Shown here piece by piece: positions 17,694 through 27,832 of a DNA stretch of 32,000 nt. Under the pieces are notes generated by a model. That model was given only the letters and a program-made list of their open reading frames with translations. It ran no database searches and was not told where the DNA came from. Source of the stretch: Candidatus Saccharimonadota bacterium. Its GTDB lineage: Bacteria > Bacteroidota > Bacteroidia > Flavobacteriales > Blattabacteriaceae. Each line of letters starts with the position of its first letter. Position 1 is the first letter of the stretch. The translations under genes and the position numbers were made by a program. The stretch spans positions 240,001 through 272,000 of the forward strand of contig CP100318.1 of NCBI GenBank assembly GCA_029851085.1, written 5' to 3'.

Positions 17694-19364
17694 ATGCAAT
17701 GGATATATAAAGATATTCCTAAATATGAAATTATAAATAAATTAAAATTAGATCTTGGTGTAAATCATATTATTGCAATTTTATTAGCACAAAGAAATAT
17801 AAAATCTTTTGAAGAAGCAAAAAATTTTTTTCGTCCTAAATTAGAAGATCTTTATAATCCATTTATAATGAAAGATATGAATAAAGCTGTAGATAGAATA
17901 TTAAAAGCTATAAAATACAATGAAAATATTTTAATATATGGAGATTATGATGTAGATGGTATTACTTCAGTAGTAATGATTTATAATTTTTTAAAAAAAT
18001 TATCTAAAGTTATATATTATTATATACCTTCTAGATATAAAGAAGGATATGGTATATCTTATAATGGTATCAATTTTGCATTATCAAAACAAATTACTTT
18101 AATTATTGCATTAGATTGCGGAATTAATAATTCATTAGAAATAAATTATGCTAAAAAACATGGAATTGATTTTATTATATGTGATCACCATTTACCTGAA
18201 AGAATAATTACAACTGCTTATGCAGTACTTAATCCTAAATATAATAATTGTAAATATCCATTTAAAGAATTAAGTGCATGTGGTATTGGTTTTAAATTAA
18301 TTCAAGGATTAGCTAATAAATTAAATATAAATAAAGAAAATGTTTATTTATATTTAGATCTTGTCACTTTGAGCATTGCGGCAGACATGGTACCTGTTAT
18401 TAATGAAAATCGCATAATATCATTTTATGGTCTTAAAAAACTAAATACAAATCCTTTTGGAGGTATTAGTATAATTATTAAGAATATAAAAAAGACAATT
18501 GATATGTCTGATATTGTATTTAAAATAGCTCCTAAAATTAATGCTGCTGGTCGTATTAAACATGCTAATATTGCTGTTCAATTATTATTGTCAAAAACAA
18601 CAGAAGAAATAAAACAATTATATAAACAAATTATTGAATTGAATAATTTAAGAAAAAATATTGATAGTATGGTCACTAAAGAAGCTATAGAACTTATTAA
18701 ATATCATAAAGAAGAAAATAACTATACTACAATAGTTTATAAATCTAATTGGAATCAAGGAGTTTTAGGTATTGTTGCATCTCGTCTTATTGAAAAATAT
18801 TATCGTCCTACATTAATATTTACAGAAACAAATAATGGAAAATTAGTAGCTTCTGCGCGTTCTGTGGTTGGATTTGATATTTATAATGCTATTAAAAAAT
18901 GTTCAAAATATTTAGAATATTTTGGAGGACATAAATATGCTGCAGGTCTTACTATAGATTCATCAGTTTTTCCTATTTTTAAATCTATATTTGAAAATAT
19001 AGTTAAAAATAGTATTGATGAAAAACAACGTTATCCTAGTATAAAAATTGATTATAGCATTTCTATAAATGAGATAACCCCTAAGTTCTTACGTATTTTA
19101 AAACAATTTTCTCCTTTTGGAAAAGAAAATTTACAACCAGTTTTTTTATCAAAAAAAGTTAAAGGATTTGCTAAAGTAATAGGTAATAATCATTTAAAAT
19201 TAAATGTATATCAACAACAAAAAAGTTTTATGGCTATTGGATTTGGATTAGGAAAATATATTAATATTGTAAATAATAGATCATTTGATATTGTATATAC
19301 TATAGAAGAAATTTTTTGGAAAGGGAAATATTATACACAATTGTATATAAAAGATATGAAATGA
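17694..19364 (+). CDS. recJ: single-stranded-DNA-specific exonuclease RecJ
   Basis: 556 aa with DHH-family motifs: IYGDYDVDGITS, IALDCG, ICDHH and GGHKYAAG. TGA stop. Confidence 0.92.
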   Translation: MQWIYKDIPKYEIINKLKLDLGVNHIIAILLAQRNIKSFEEAKNFFRPKLEDLYNPFIMKDMNKAVDRILKAIKYNENILIYGDYDVDGITSVVMIYNFLKKLSKVIYYYIPSRYKEGYGISYNGINFALSKQITLIIALDCGINNSLEINYAKKHGIDFIICDHHLPERIITTAYAVLNPKYNNCKYPFKELSACGIGFKLIQGLANKLNINKENVYLYLDLVTLSIAADMVPVINENRIISFYGLKKLNTNPFGGISIIIKNIKKTIDMSDIVFKIAPKINAAGRIKHANIAVQLLLSKTTEEIKQLYKQIIELNNLRKNIDSMVTKEAIELIKYHKEENNYTTIVYKSNWNQGVLGIVASRLIEKYYRPTLIFTETNNGKLVASARSVVGFDIYNAIKKCSKYLEYFGGHKYAAGLTIDSSVFPIFKSIFENIVKNSIDEKQRYPSIKIDYSISINEITPKFLRILKQFSPFGKENLQPVFLSKKVKGFAKVIGNNHLKLNVYQQQKSFMAIGFGLGKYINIVNNRSFDIVYTIEEIFWKGKYYTQLYIKDMK

Positions 19365-19434
19365 GGCACCGAACGGATTCGAACCGTTGTAGAAGGTGTT
19401 GCAGACCTATGCCTAACCTCTCGGCCACGGTGCC
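19364..19434 (-). tRNA. tRNA-Cys (anticodon GCA)
   Basis: On the reverse complement: acceptor ggcaccg/cggtgcc, discriminator U, anticodon loop ctGCAac, and T-arm aacgg-ttcgaat-ccgtt. The discriminator base is the last base of the recJ stop codon. Confidence 0.88.
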
Positions 19435-19445
19435 ATTTTTCCATT

Positions 19446-20054
19446 CTATTTATTAGATTTAATTAAATCATAATTTTTTGATATTTCCGACCAATTAATA
19501 ATATTCCAAAATGCTTCTATATATTCATTTCTACGATTTTGATAACGTAGATAATAAGCATGTTCCCAGACATCTAATGCAATTATAGGTATTCCCATAT
19601 TATCCATTAATGGATTATCTTGATTAATTGTAGAATTAATTGTTAATTCATTATTAACATTTAAATATAACCAAGCCCATCCTGAACCAAAATGTTTTAT
19701 AGCAACATTAGAAAATATTTTTTTGAAATTTTCAAAAGAACCAAATTTATTATTAATATCTACAATTAAAGATTCTGAAGGTATATTATTTTTTGTTTTG
19801 GGACAAATAATTTTCCAGAAAAAATTATGATTATAATATCCACCTCCATTATTGCGAATAGTAGGATTATCTATATTTTTTTTTAAAATTTGTTCTATTG
19901 ATTGTTCACATAAATTTAATTCTTTAATAGCATTATTCAAATTTAAAGTATATGATGCATGATGTTTAGTATGATGTATTTCCATAGTCATAGAATCTAT
20001 ATAAGGTTCTAAAGCATTATATTTATATGATAAAATAGGAAGTTTAAAGTACAT
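19446..20054 (-). CDS. Fe/Mn-family superoxide dismutase
   Basis: LPILSYKYNALEPYID..TMEIHHTKHH, GSGWAWL and DVWEHAYYLRYQNRR. Confidence 0.92.
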   Translation of the reverse strand: MYFKLPILSYKYNALEPYIDSMTMEIHHTKHHASYTLNLNNAIKELNLCEQSIEQILKKNIDNPTIRNNGGGYYNHNFFWKIICPKTKNNIPSESLIVDINNKFGSFENFKKIFSNVAIKHFGSGWAWLYLNVNNELTINSTINQDNPLMDNMGIPIIALDVWEHAYYLRYQNRRNEYIEAFWNIINWSEISKNYDLIKSNK

Positions 20055-20100
20055 AATAGTATAAAGATTATTATTTATTTATTTATTTAAAAATTTTTAT

Positions 20101-20730
20101 TTATTTATTAAAAATTTTTTTTAAAAAAAAATCAAAATATTTGTAATTAATAATTAAAGTATTTATTCCTAAAAATATAGAAACATCTGCAATATTAAAA
20201 ATTGGTTTAAATATTTCAAAATGTTTTAAACCAAAAAATGGAATATTAATATATTTATCAATTAAAGTTAATTTAAATATATCGACAACACATCCTCCCA
20301 TAAAAAAAGAATAACCATGATTAGAAAATTTAGATAATCCATCATAACCTATCCATTTATTATATATTGTATCATATATAGTACCAGTATTAAATATTAA
20401 ACCATATAAAGTCGAATCAATAGTATTTCCTATAGCTCCTGCAAAAATTAAACTTATAGGAATAATTAATTTTTTATATTTTGTATATGTTTTTATTTTC
20501 CATAATAAAATTATTATAAATATAAAACGCATTATATTTATAATAATTTTTTCTATATATCCCAATCCTAAATTAAAACCATAAGCTATTCCTGGATTTT
20601 CTATAAAATAAAATTTAAAAAATGGAAATATATATATACTATCACCCAATTGTAAATGAGTTTTTATATATATTTTTAAACTTTGATCTATTAAAATTAT
20701 AATTAATGTAATTAATACAAATTTTTTCAA
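20101..20730 (-). CDS. lspA: lipoprotein signal peptidase (signal peptidase II)
   Basis: 209 aa membrane protein with ENPGIAYGF, GAIGNTIDS and FNIADVSIFLG. The apparent start is TTG (20730-20728). An in-frame TGA lies 7 codons upstream. Confidence 0.88.
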   Translation of the reverse strand: MKKFVLITLIIILIDQSLKIYIKTHLQLGDSIYIFPFFKFYFIENPGIAYGFNLGLGYIEKIIINIMRFIFIIILLWKIKTYTKYKKLIIPISLIFAGAIGNTIDSTLYGLIFNTGTIYDTIYNKWIGYDGLSKFSNHGYSFFMGGCVVDIFKLTLIDKYINIPFFGLKHFEIFKPIFNIADVSIFLGINTLIINYKYFDFFLKKIFNK

Positions 20731-20741
20731 AATAATTTTTA

Positions 20742-21010
20742 TTTTTTTACTTCAATTATTTGTTTTTTCATGGTTTTTTTACTTCAATTATTTGTTTTTT
20801 TACTTGTTTTATTTACTTGTTTTTTTACTTGTTTTATTTACTTGTTTTATTACTTGTTTTATTTACTTGTTTTATTTGTTTTTTCCTGGTTTTTTTCCTG
20901 GTTTTTTTCCTGGTTTTTTTCCTTGTTTTTTTCCTTGTTTTTTTCCTTCAATTATTGGTTTTTTTACTTCAATTATTTGTTTTTTTCCTTCAATTATTTG
21001 TATTCCTTCA
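20742..21010. repeat. composite tandem-repeat array of 21-bp, 12-bp and 12/13-bp units
   Basis: The 21-mer tttttttacttcaattatttg is identical at 20742-20762, 20774-20794 and 20959-20979, with variants at 20938-20958 and 20980-21000. 12-mers tttttttcctgg / tttttttccttg lie at 20879-20937. Alternating 12/13-mers (tttttttacttg / ttttatttacttg) lie at 20795-20878. Confidence 0.9.
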
Positions 21011-21369
21011 ATACTTAAAGTGGTATAAGGTATAGCTTTTAATCTTTCTTTAGGTATAATATTTCCTGTTAGACTACAAATTCCATAATCTGGTCTTTTA
21101 ACTCTCAATAAAGCATTTTCTAAATTAGAAATAAGTTTTTGTATATGTGATATTAATTGTGCATTTTGTTCTTTACTTAAAGTTTCTGCTCCTTCTTCAA
21201 AAACTTTGAATGTAGGAGATGTATCATCAGTTCCATTATTTTGATCATTTACAAATGATTCTTTTAAAAAGAAAAAATCTTTTTTTGCTTTTTTAAGTTT
21301 TTCTAAAATAAGTTTTTCAAATTCTTCTCTTTCTTTTATTGAATAACCAATTTTTTTATTTATTGTCAT
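20872..21369 (-). CDS. DksA/TraR-family protein (Bacteroidota type) with a repeat-encoded lysine-rich C-terminal extension
   Basis: The core matches the flavobacterial DksA/TraR-like family (NGTDDTSPTFKVFEEGAETLSKEQN...YGICSLTGNIIPKERLKAIPYTTLSIEG). The tail is IQIIEGKKQIIEVKKPIIEGKKQGKKQGKKPGKKPGKKPGKNK. The start overlaps the ileS 3' end by 14 nt, in the conserved ileS / dksA-like / lspA arrangement. Confidence 0.8.
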   Translation of the reverse strand: MTINKKIGYSIKEREEFEKLILEKLKKAKKDFFFLKESFVNDQNNGTDDTSPTFKVFEEGAETLSKEQNAQLISHIQKLISNLENALLRVKRPDYGICSLTGNIIPKERLKAIPYTTLSIEGIQIIEGKKQIIEVKKPIIEGKKQGKKQGKKPGKKPGKKPGKNK

Positions 21370-24300
21370 ATTTTTTAATATATATATATATGATATAACC
21401 CGATAAATTAATCATTTCTCCATTATTATTATTTTGAAATGATAATTTTGTTGTTAAAGTTTCTTCACAAATATAATTTATATGTTCTTTAATTATATTA
21501 TAAATTTGTTTTTCACATTTTAAAAAAAGTAATATTTTATCAATTACTTCTAATTTATTTTTTTTTCTTAATTTTTGTATTATACTAATAAACTCTCTAA
21601 TTATTCCTTCTTTTTTAAGACTATCTGTAATATGTGTATTTAAACTCAAAGTAAAATCTTTATCAGAAAGAACTAACCAATCATTTATACCAGCAGTATA
21701 AATTTCAACTTCTTCTTTTAGAAGAAAAATTTTTTCACCTTGAATATTAAGTATATATTTTCCTTCTTGTTCTATTTTTAATATATCTTTTTGAGTAAAA
21801 TTATTTATAACATTAGTTACTAATTTTAATTTTTCTTTTAATCTTGATCCTAAAAGTTTAAAATTAGGTTTAATTTTTTTAATTAAAGAATTTGATTTTT
21901 TATCACAAAAATATATATTTTTTACATTAACTTCTTGTTTAATTATAGATAGTGTAGATTGTAAATCTATATATATTTTTTTATTATTTGTAATAATTAA
22001 TAATTCTTCTAAAGGTTGTCTAACTTTAATTTTTCCTTTTTTTCTTAAAGAAAATACCATAGAAGTTACTTTTTTAGTAAAATCCATTTTATATTCTAAT
22101 TCTTCATTTATAATATTATTATTATATGTTGGAAAATATGATAAATGAACACTATCAAAAAATTCTTTTTTTATTTTATCATTTAAATCTTTATAAAGAT
22201 TTTCCATAAAAAAAGGAGAAATTGGGGAAGCCATTTTAGAGATAGTTAATAAACATTCATAAAGTGTTTGATATGCTGAAATTTTATCTATTGAATAATT
22301 AGTTTTCCAAAAACGACGACGACATAAACGTATATACCAATTACTTAAATTATCTATTACAAAATTCATTATAGATCTAGCTGCTAAAGTAGGATTATAA
22401 TTAGTATAATAATAATCAACTTTTTTTATTAAAGAATTTAACTTTGAAAGTATCCAACGATCAATTTCTGGTCGATCATTTAAATTAATAAATTTTTCTT
22501 CATATTTAAATCCGTCAATATTAGCATATACTGCAAAAAAAATATATGTATTATAAAGTGTTCCAAAAAATTTTCGTTTTATTTCTTCAATACCTTCGAT
22601 ATCAAATTTTAAATTTTCCCAAGGTTGAGTATTAGATATCATATACCAACGAACTGTATCTGCACCAAAATTTTCTAAAATTTTAAAAGGATTTATTGTA
22701 TTTCCTTTACTTTTAGACATTTTATGTCCTTTTTTATCTAAAACTATTCCATTAGATATAACATTTTTATAAGCAATTGAATCGAATAACATACATGATA
22801 TAGCATGAAGTGTATAAAACCATCCACGTGTTTGATCTATACCTTCTGCAACAAAATCAGCAGGAAAAAATTTATTATTATCAATAAAATTTTTATTTTC
22901 AAATGGATAATGCCATTGTGCATATGGCATAGCTCCAGAATCAAACCATACATCTATTAAATCAGGTTCCCTTTTCATAATATTTCCTGACTTAGATACT
23001 AATATAATTTGATCTACAATATGTTTATGTAAATCAATTTTATTATAATTTTCATCACTCATATTTCCTATTATAAAATCTTTAAAAGGATTTTCTTTCA
23101 TAAATCCTTTTTTAATAGATTTTTTTATTTCCATAATCAATTCTTCTATAGATCCTATAATTAGTATTTCATTATTTTCTATAGATTTCCATATGGGTAA
23201 TGGTATTCCCCAATATCTAGAACGAGATATATTCCAATCATTAATATTTTTCAACCAATTATTAAATCTTTTTTCACCAGTTACTTTAGGAGTCCAATTA
23301 ATCATTTTATTTAATTCTACTAATCTATTTTTTACAGATGTAGTTTTAATAATCCAAGAATCTATTGGATAATATAAAATAGGTTTTTCTGTACGCCAAC
23401 AATGTGGATAAGCATGAGTATATTTTTCTATTTTAAACGCTTTATTATTTTTTTTTAAAAGAATAGCAATATCTTCATCTACTGAATGTTTAGGTATTTC
23501 ATTATTATTTCTATAATATTGATTTTTAACATATTTTCCAGCGAAACTATTATTAATAATTTTTAAAAATCTACCTTGTAAATCGACCAAAGGAACAATT
23601 TCTTTTTTTTCATTTATTATTAACATAGGTGGAATTCCATATTTTTTAGCGATTAAAGCATCATCAACTCCAAATGTTGGAGCTATATGTACAATTCCTG
23701 TACCTTCATTTGTATTGATAAAATCTCCATGAATAATTTTAAATGCATTTTCTACATTTTTATATGGTAATGCCCAATTTAATAATTGTTCATATCTACA
23801 ACCTATTATTTTATTACCTTTAAATTCTAATAAAGTAAAATATGGTATATTTTTATTTGATATTTTAGTAGTATCAAATGTATTATATAATTTTTTATTT
23901 AAAGAAATAAAATTTGTATGCAAATTGTTTTCTACTAATTTTTTAGCTAAAATAATATTAATTTTTTTTAAATTATAAGGATTATAAGTAGATATTAATT
24001 GATAATCTAAATCTTTATTTATAGCTAAAGCAGTATTAGATGGTATAGTCCATGGTGTAGTAGTCCAAACTAAAGTATATATATCTCCTTTAATTGATTT
24101 AAATTCAACTGGAATACTTTCTTTAATAATTTTGAATTGAACAGTTATTGTTATATCTGTTATATTCTTATAAGCACCAGGCATATTTAATTCATGTGAA
24201 CTTAAACTAGTACCTGCAGCAGGAGAATAAGGTTGGATTGTATAATCTTTATATAATAAGTTTTTATTATATAATTCTTTTATAGACCACCAAATACTTT

Positions 24301-24766
24301 CTATATATTTAGTTTCATATGTAATATATGGATTTTTAGTATCTATCCAAAAACCTAATTTTTTAGTTAATTCATTCCAAAGATTGGTATAACGCATTAC
24401 TGATGATTTACAAATATTATTATATTCTTTAATACTAATTTTTTTTCCAATATCTTCTTTAGTAATGCCTAATTTATCTTCTACATTAAGTTCTATAGGT
24501 AATCCATGAGTATCCCATCCTGATTTACGTTTGACTTGTTTACCTTTTAAAGTAAAAAATCGACAAAAAATATCTTTAATAGTTCTTCCCATAACATGAT
24601 GGATACCAGGCATTCCATTAGCAGAAGGAGGACCTTCATAAAATATATAAGTGTTTGAAGATTTTCTAGATGAAATACTTTTTTCAAAAGTATTATTTTT
24701 ATTCCAAAAATCTATTATAATATTATATATTTTTTTAAAATTTAATTTTTTATATGTTTTAAACAT
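21356..24766 (-). CDS. ileS: isoleucine--tRNA ligase (long form, 1136 aa)
   Basis: HIGH-type motif PPSANGMPGIHHVMGR and KMSKS motif GHKMSKSKGN, plus WTTTPWTIPSNTA in the editing region. Confidence 0.95.
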   Translation of the reverse strand: MFKTYKKLNFKKIYNIIIDFWNKNNTFEKSISSRKSSNTYIFYEGPPSANGMPGIHHVMGRTIKDIFCRFFTLKGKQVKRKSGWDTHGLPIELNVEDKLGITKEDIGKKISIKEYNNICKSSVMRYTNLWNELTKKLGFWIDTKNPYITYETKYIESIWWSIKELYNKNLLYKDYTIQPYSPAAGTSLSSHELNMPGAYKNITDITITVQFKIIKESIPVEFKSIKGDIYTLVWTTTPWTIPSNTALAINKDLDYQLISTYNPYNLKKINIILAKKLVENNLHTNFISLNKKLYNTFDTTKISNKNIPYFTLLEFKGNKIIGCRYEQLLNWALPYKNVENAFKIIHGDFINTNEGTGIVHIAPTFGVDDALIAKKYGIPPMLIINEKKEIVPLVDLQGRFLKIINNSFAGKYVKNQYYRNNNEIPKHSVDEDIAILLKKNNKAFKIEKYTHAYPHCWRTEKPILYYPIDSWIIKTTSVKNRLVELNKMINWTPKVTGEKRFNNWLKNINDWNISRSRYWGIPLPIWKSIENNEILIIGSIEELIMEIKKSIKKGFMKENPFKDFIIGNMSDENYNKIDLHKHIVDQIILVSKSGNIMKREPDLIDVWFDSGAMPYAQWHYPFENKNFIDNNKFFPADFVAEGIDQTRGWFYTLHAISCMLFDSIAYKNVISNGIVLDKKGHKMSKSKGNTINPFKILENFGADTVRWYMISNTQPWENLKFDIEGIEEIKRKFFGTLYNTYIFFAVYANIDGFKYEEKFINLNDRPEIDRWILSKLNSLIKKVDYYYTNYNPTLAARSIMNFVIDNLSNWYIRLCRRRFWKTNYSIDKISAYQTLYECLLTISKMASPISPFFMENLYKDLNDKIKKEFFDSVHLSYFPTYNNNIINEELEYKMDFTKKVTSMVFSLRKKGKIKVRQPLEELLIITNNKKIYIDLQSTLSIIKQEVNVKNIYFCDKKSNSLIKKIKPNFKLLGSRLKEKLKLVTNVINNFTQKDILKIEQEGKYILNIQGEKIFLLKEEVEIYTAGINDWLVLSDKDFTLSLNTHITDSLKKEGIIREFISIIQKLRKKNKLEVIDKILLFLKCEKQIYNIIKEHINYICEETLTTKLSFQNNNNGEMINLSGYIIYIYIKKYDNK

Positions 24767-24775
24767 TAATATTTT

Positions 24776-25474
24776 TTAGAATTCATTCACATATTTTTTT
24801 GTTATCCATTTAGTTAAATCATAATAATTATCCATATTTAAATTATGTTCTGATTCATATTCCTTATATAAATAATTAATATTATAATTATCTAATAATA
24901 TAGTACCTGTTTTTGCTAATTCTATTGGTATGATAGCATCATTTTTTCCATGAGAAATAAAAAAATCTAATGTTTTATAATTTTCTTTTTTAATTGTTGT
25001 TTTAGGTAATAAATTTTTATCAGGAAATCCACTTAATATTATTATGTTTTTAACTATTTCAGGATAATGAAAAGCAACAGCATAACTTAAAATAGCTCCT
25101 TGACTAAACCCACATAACCATATTTTATTTTTATTTAAATCATAATATAATATTGCTTCAGAAATAAATTTAATTATTTCTTTTATTGATTTAAGAGCTT
25201 GTGAAATATTATAGATTTTTATATTTGATAAATTAATGTTATACCAACAAAAACCAGTATTATCATTTAAATTATGTAATGCACGTAAACTAATAAAAAA
25301 AAAATATGGTGGTAATTCATTGGAAGTTGTAAATGAAAAAAAATCATTTTCATTACCTCCATATCCATGTAAAAATAAAAATAATTGTGGATTCTTTTTT
25401 TTGATTAAAGGTGGTTTTGTTAAATGTTTTAGCATATTAAATATATTTATCCAAATTGTATCATTTTTATCCAA
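24776..25474 (-). CDS. alpha/beta hydrolase of the phospholipase/carboxylesterase family
   Basis: LFLHGYGGNENDF, nucleophile elbow CGFSQGA and HGKNDAIIP, a Ser-Asp-His type arrangement. Confidence 0.75.
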   Translation of the reverse strand: MDKNDTIWINIFNMLKHLTKPPLIKKKNPQLFLFLHGYGGNENDFFSFTTSNELPPYFFFISLRALHNLNDNTGFCWYNINLSNIKIYNISQALKSIKEIIKFISEAILYYDLNKNKIWLCGFSQGAILSYAVAFHYPEIVKNIIILSGFPDKNLLPKTTIKKENYKTLDFFISHGKNDAIIPIELAKTGTILLDNYNINYLYKEYESEHNLNMDNYYDLTKWITKKYVNEF

Positions 25475-25607
25475 TAATCTTCGTATTGTTAGTTTTATTT
25501 CTAATAATAATAAACAAGATTTTAATATAATAAAAGAAATATTGAAAGAAATATTAAAATATTTTAATATATATTAATAAATTTTTACCACGTATTAAAA
25601 TAAATAT

Positions 25608-26795
25608 ATGAATTTACATGAATATCAAAGTAAGGAAATATTAAAATATTTTGGTATAAAAGTTCCTCGTTATGTTATAGTTAACAATATAGAGAATTCA
25701 ATAGAATTATCTAAAACTTTACAGAAAGAAACAGGTACTAAATATTTTATTATAAAAGCTCAAATTCACGCTGGTGGAAGAGGAATAAGTGGAGGCATAA
25801 AAATAGCAAAATCTTTAAAAGAAGTTAAAGAAAAAGTATCTAAAATTTTAGGAAAGTATTTAATTACTCCACAAACTTCTAAAGAAGGAAAATTAGTAAA
25901 TAAAGTTATGATCGCAGAAGATATTTATTATGAAGGTAAATATAAAATAAAAGAATATTATATATCTTTATTATTTGATAGAATTAAAAACAAAAATATT
26001 ATTATATATTCAAATGAAGGTGGAATAGATATTGAATCTACAGCTATAAATAATTATAATAAAATATTTATTGAAGAAATAGATTCATCTATTGGACTTC
26101 AAGCTTTTCAAACTAGAAAAATTGCATTTAATTTAAAATTAAATGGACAATCTTTTAATGAATTTATTGAATTTTTATATTCTTTATATAGAGCATATAT
26201 TAAATCTGATGCTACTCTATTAGAAATAAATCCTTTATTGAAAACTTCAGATAATCATATTGTTGCTATTGATGCTAAAATAATTATTGATGATAATGCA
26301 TTATTTCGTCATTCTGATTACGTTGCTATGCGTGATATAAAAGAAGAAGATCCAATTGAAGCAGAAGCTTATAAATTTGGATTAAATTTTGTAAGACTTA
26401 AAGGAAATGTAGCTTGTGTAGTTAATGGTGCTGGTTTAGCCATGGCTACTATGGATATGATTCAATTATATGGATTATATCCAGCTAATTTTTTAGATAT
26501 TGGTGGAAATGCTGATATTAAACGTATTGAAAAAGCTTTTAATATTCTTTTAAATGATAAAACTGTTAAAATAATATTTGTTAATATTTTTGGAGGAATT
26601 GTTCGTTGTGATATAGTATCATTAGGTATTATTAATTCTTGTAAAAAACATAAAATATTAAAACCTATAGTTATTCGTTTTAATGGTACTAATTATAATT
26701 TAGCAATAAATATTATTAATAATAATGGATTAAAAAATATTTATTATGCTTTTTCTTTAAAAGAAGCTATGGAAAAAATCAAATTTTTAGTCTAA
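25608..26795 (+). CDS. sucC: succinate--CoA ligase (ADP-forming) beta subunit
   Basis: MNLHEYQSKEILKYFGIKVP, KAQIHAGGRG, LEINPL, VNGAGLAMATMD and NIFGGIVRCD. Confidence 0.93.
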   Translation: MNLHEYQSKEILKYFGIKVPRYVIVNNIENSIELSKTLQKETGTKYFIIKAQIHAGGRGISGGIKIAKSLKEVKEKVSKILGKYLITPQTSKEGKLVNKVMIAEDIYYEGKYKIKEYYISLLFDRIKNKNIIIYSNEGGIDIESTAINNYNKIFIEEIDSSIGLQAFQTRKIAFNLKLNGQSFNEFIEFLYSLYRAYIKSDATLLEINPLLKTSDNHIVAIDAKIIIDDNALFRHSDYVAMRDIKEEDPIEAEAYKFGLNFVRLKGNVACVVNGAGLAMATMDMIQLYGLYPANFLDIGGNADIKRIEKAFNILLNDKTVKIIFVNIFGGIVRCDIVSLGIINSCKKHKILKPIVIRFNGTNYNLAINIINNNGLKNIYYAFSLKEAMEKIKFLV

Positions 26796-27827
26796 ATGTA
26801 TATTTCATCAATAAAATATCGTCCTACAGAATTTGAAGATGTTATTGGACAAAATATTATTACAGAAACTTTAAAAAGAGCTATATATAAAAAAAGATTA
26901 GCGCAAGCTTTGTTATTTTGTGGACCACAAGGAGTTGGAAAAACAACTTGTGCACGTATTGTTGCTAAAAAAATTAATGAACCATTAGAAGATGTAAATT
27001 TAAATATAATTGAATTAGATGCAGCTTCTAATAATTCAATTGAAGATATTCGTAATATAATTGATAGAATATATTTTCCTCCACAAAAAGGAAAATATAA
27101 AATCTATATTATAGATGAAGTTCATATGCTTTCTCAAGCGGCTTTTAATGCTTTTTTAAAAACTTTAGAAGAACCACCTGCACATATAATATTTATATTA
27201 GCAACAACAGAAAAGCATAAAATTTTACCTACTATAATTTCTCGTTGTCAAGTATATGAATTTAAACGTATATCTACAACAGATATTCAATTATATTTAA
27301 AATTAATTGCAAAAAAAGAAGGTATTAAAGTAACTGATGATATTTTATTTATGATTTCTCAACATGCTAATGGTGCTATTAGAGATGCACTTTCTATTTT
27401 TGATAGATTAGTTTCTTATTCAGGTAAAATTTTAATTAAAAAATATGTTGAAGATCAATTAGGTATACTTGATAATATATTTTTTTTTAAAATTACTAAT
27501 TTTATTATAAAAAACGATATTTCAAGAACTTTATTATTATTTGATAAAATTTTAGAACGTGGATTTTATATTGATTTATTTATTAATAGATTAGCTAATC
27601 ATTTTAGAGAACTTTTTATATCTAAAGATCCAATAACTATTAAATTAATAGAAAATACAGAAGATATGAAAAAACTTTACTGTATACAGGCATCACAAAT
27701 AAATAAAAATTTATTAATTAATGCTATTGAAATATGTCAAAATGCAGAATTTAATTGTAAAAAAAGTTCAAATCCTAGATTATCTGCAGAAATAGCTTTA
27801 ATAAAACTTGCATTATTAAATAAATAA
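26796..27827 (+). CDS. dnaX: DNA polymerase III subunit gamma/tau, short form (domains I-III only)
   Basis: KYRPTEFEDVIGQ, Walker A GPQGVGKTT, IIDEVHMLS, FNAFLKTLEEPP and SRCQ.YEF. The ATG directly abuts the sucC stop codon. Confidence 0.9.
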   Translation: MYISSIKYRPTEFEDVIGQNIITETLKRAIYKKRLAQALLFCGPQGVGKTTCARIVAKKINEPLEDVNLNIIELDAASNNSIEDIRNIIDRIYFPPQKGKYKIYIIDEVHMLSQAAFNAFLKTLEEPPAHIIFILATTEKHKILPTIISRCQVYEFKRISTTDIQLYLKLIAKKEGIKVTDDILFMISQHANGAIRDALSIFDRLVSYSGKILIKKYVEDQLGILDNIFFFKITNFIIKNDISRTLLLFDKILERGFYIDLFINRLANHFRELFISKDPITIKLIENTEDMKKLYCIQASQINKNLLINAIEICQNAEFNCKKSSNPRLSAEIALIKLALLNK

Positions 27828-27832
27828 ATATA

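Noticed and set aside
1595-19364. Possible UGA reassignment (UGA read as Trp), as seen in some tiny symbiont genomes.
   Set aside because: tsaD (7243-7245), recJ (19362-19364) and the reconstructed rnhA (1595-1597) all end at TGA at the expected protein length. Trp positions use TGG. The standard bacterial code fits.
20742-21010. Whether the repeat array could be a CRISPR array.
   Set aside because: The units are 12-21 bp and directly contiguous, with no unique spacers. There are no cas genes, and most of the array is in frame within a coding sequence.
20760-21035. Three overlapping + strand ORFs (91, 82 and 78 aa), giving all three forward frames open at once.
   Set aside because: This is a by-product of the repeat array, which has almost no A on the + strand, so stops cannot form. 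The F/L-only products are repeat translations. The minus-strand frame continues a recognisable DksA/TraR-like protein.
25533-25556. A 12-bp tandem repeat (aaagaaatattg / aaagaaatatta) in the esterase/sucC divergent intergenic region.
   Set aside because: It is almost pure A/T and only two imperfect copies, which is not distinguishable from background in DNA this A+T-rich.
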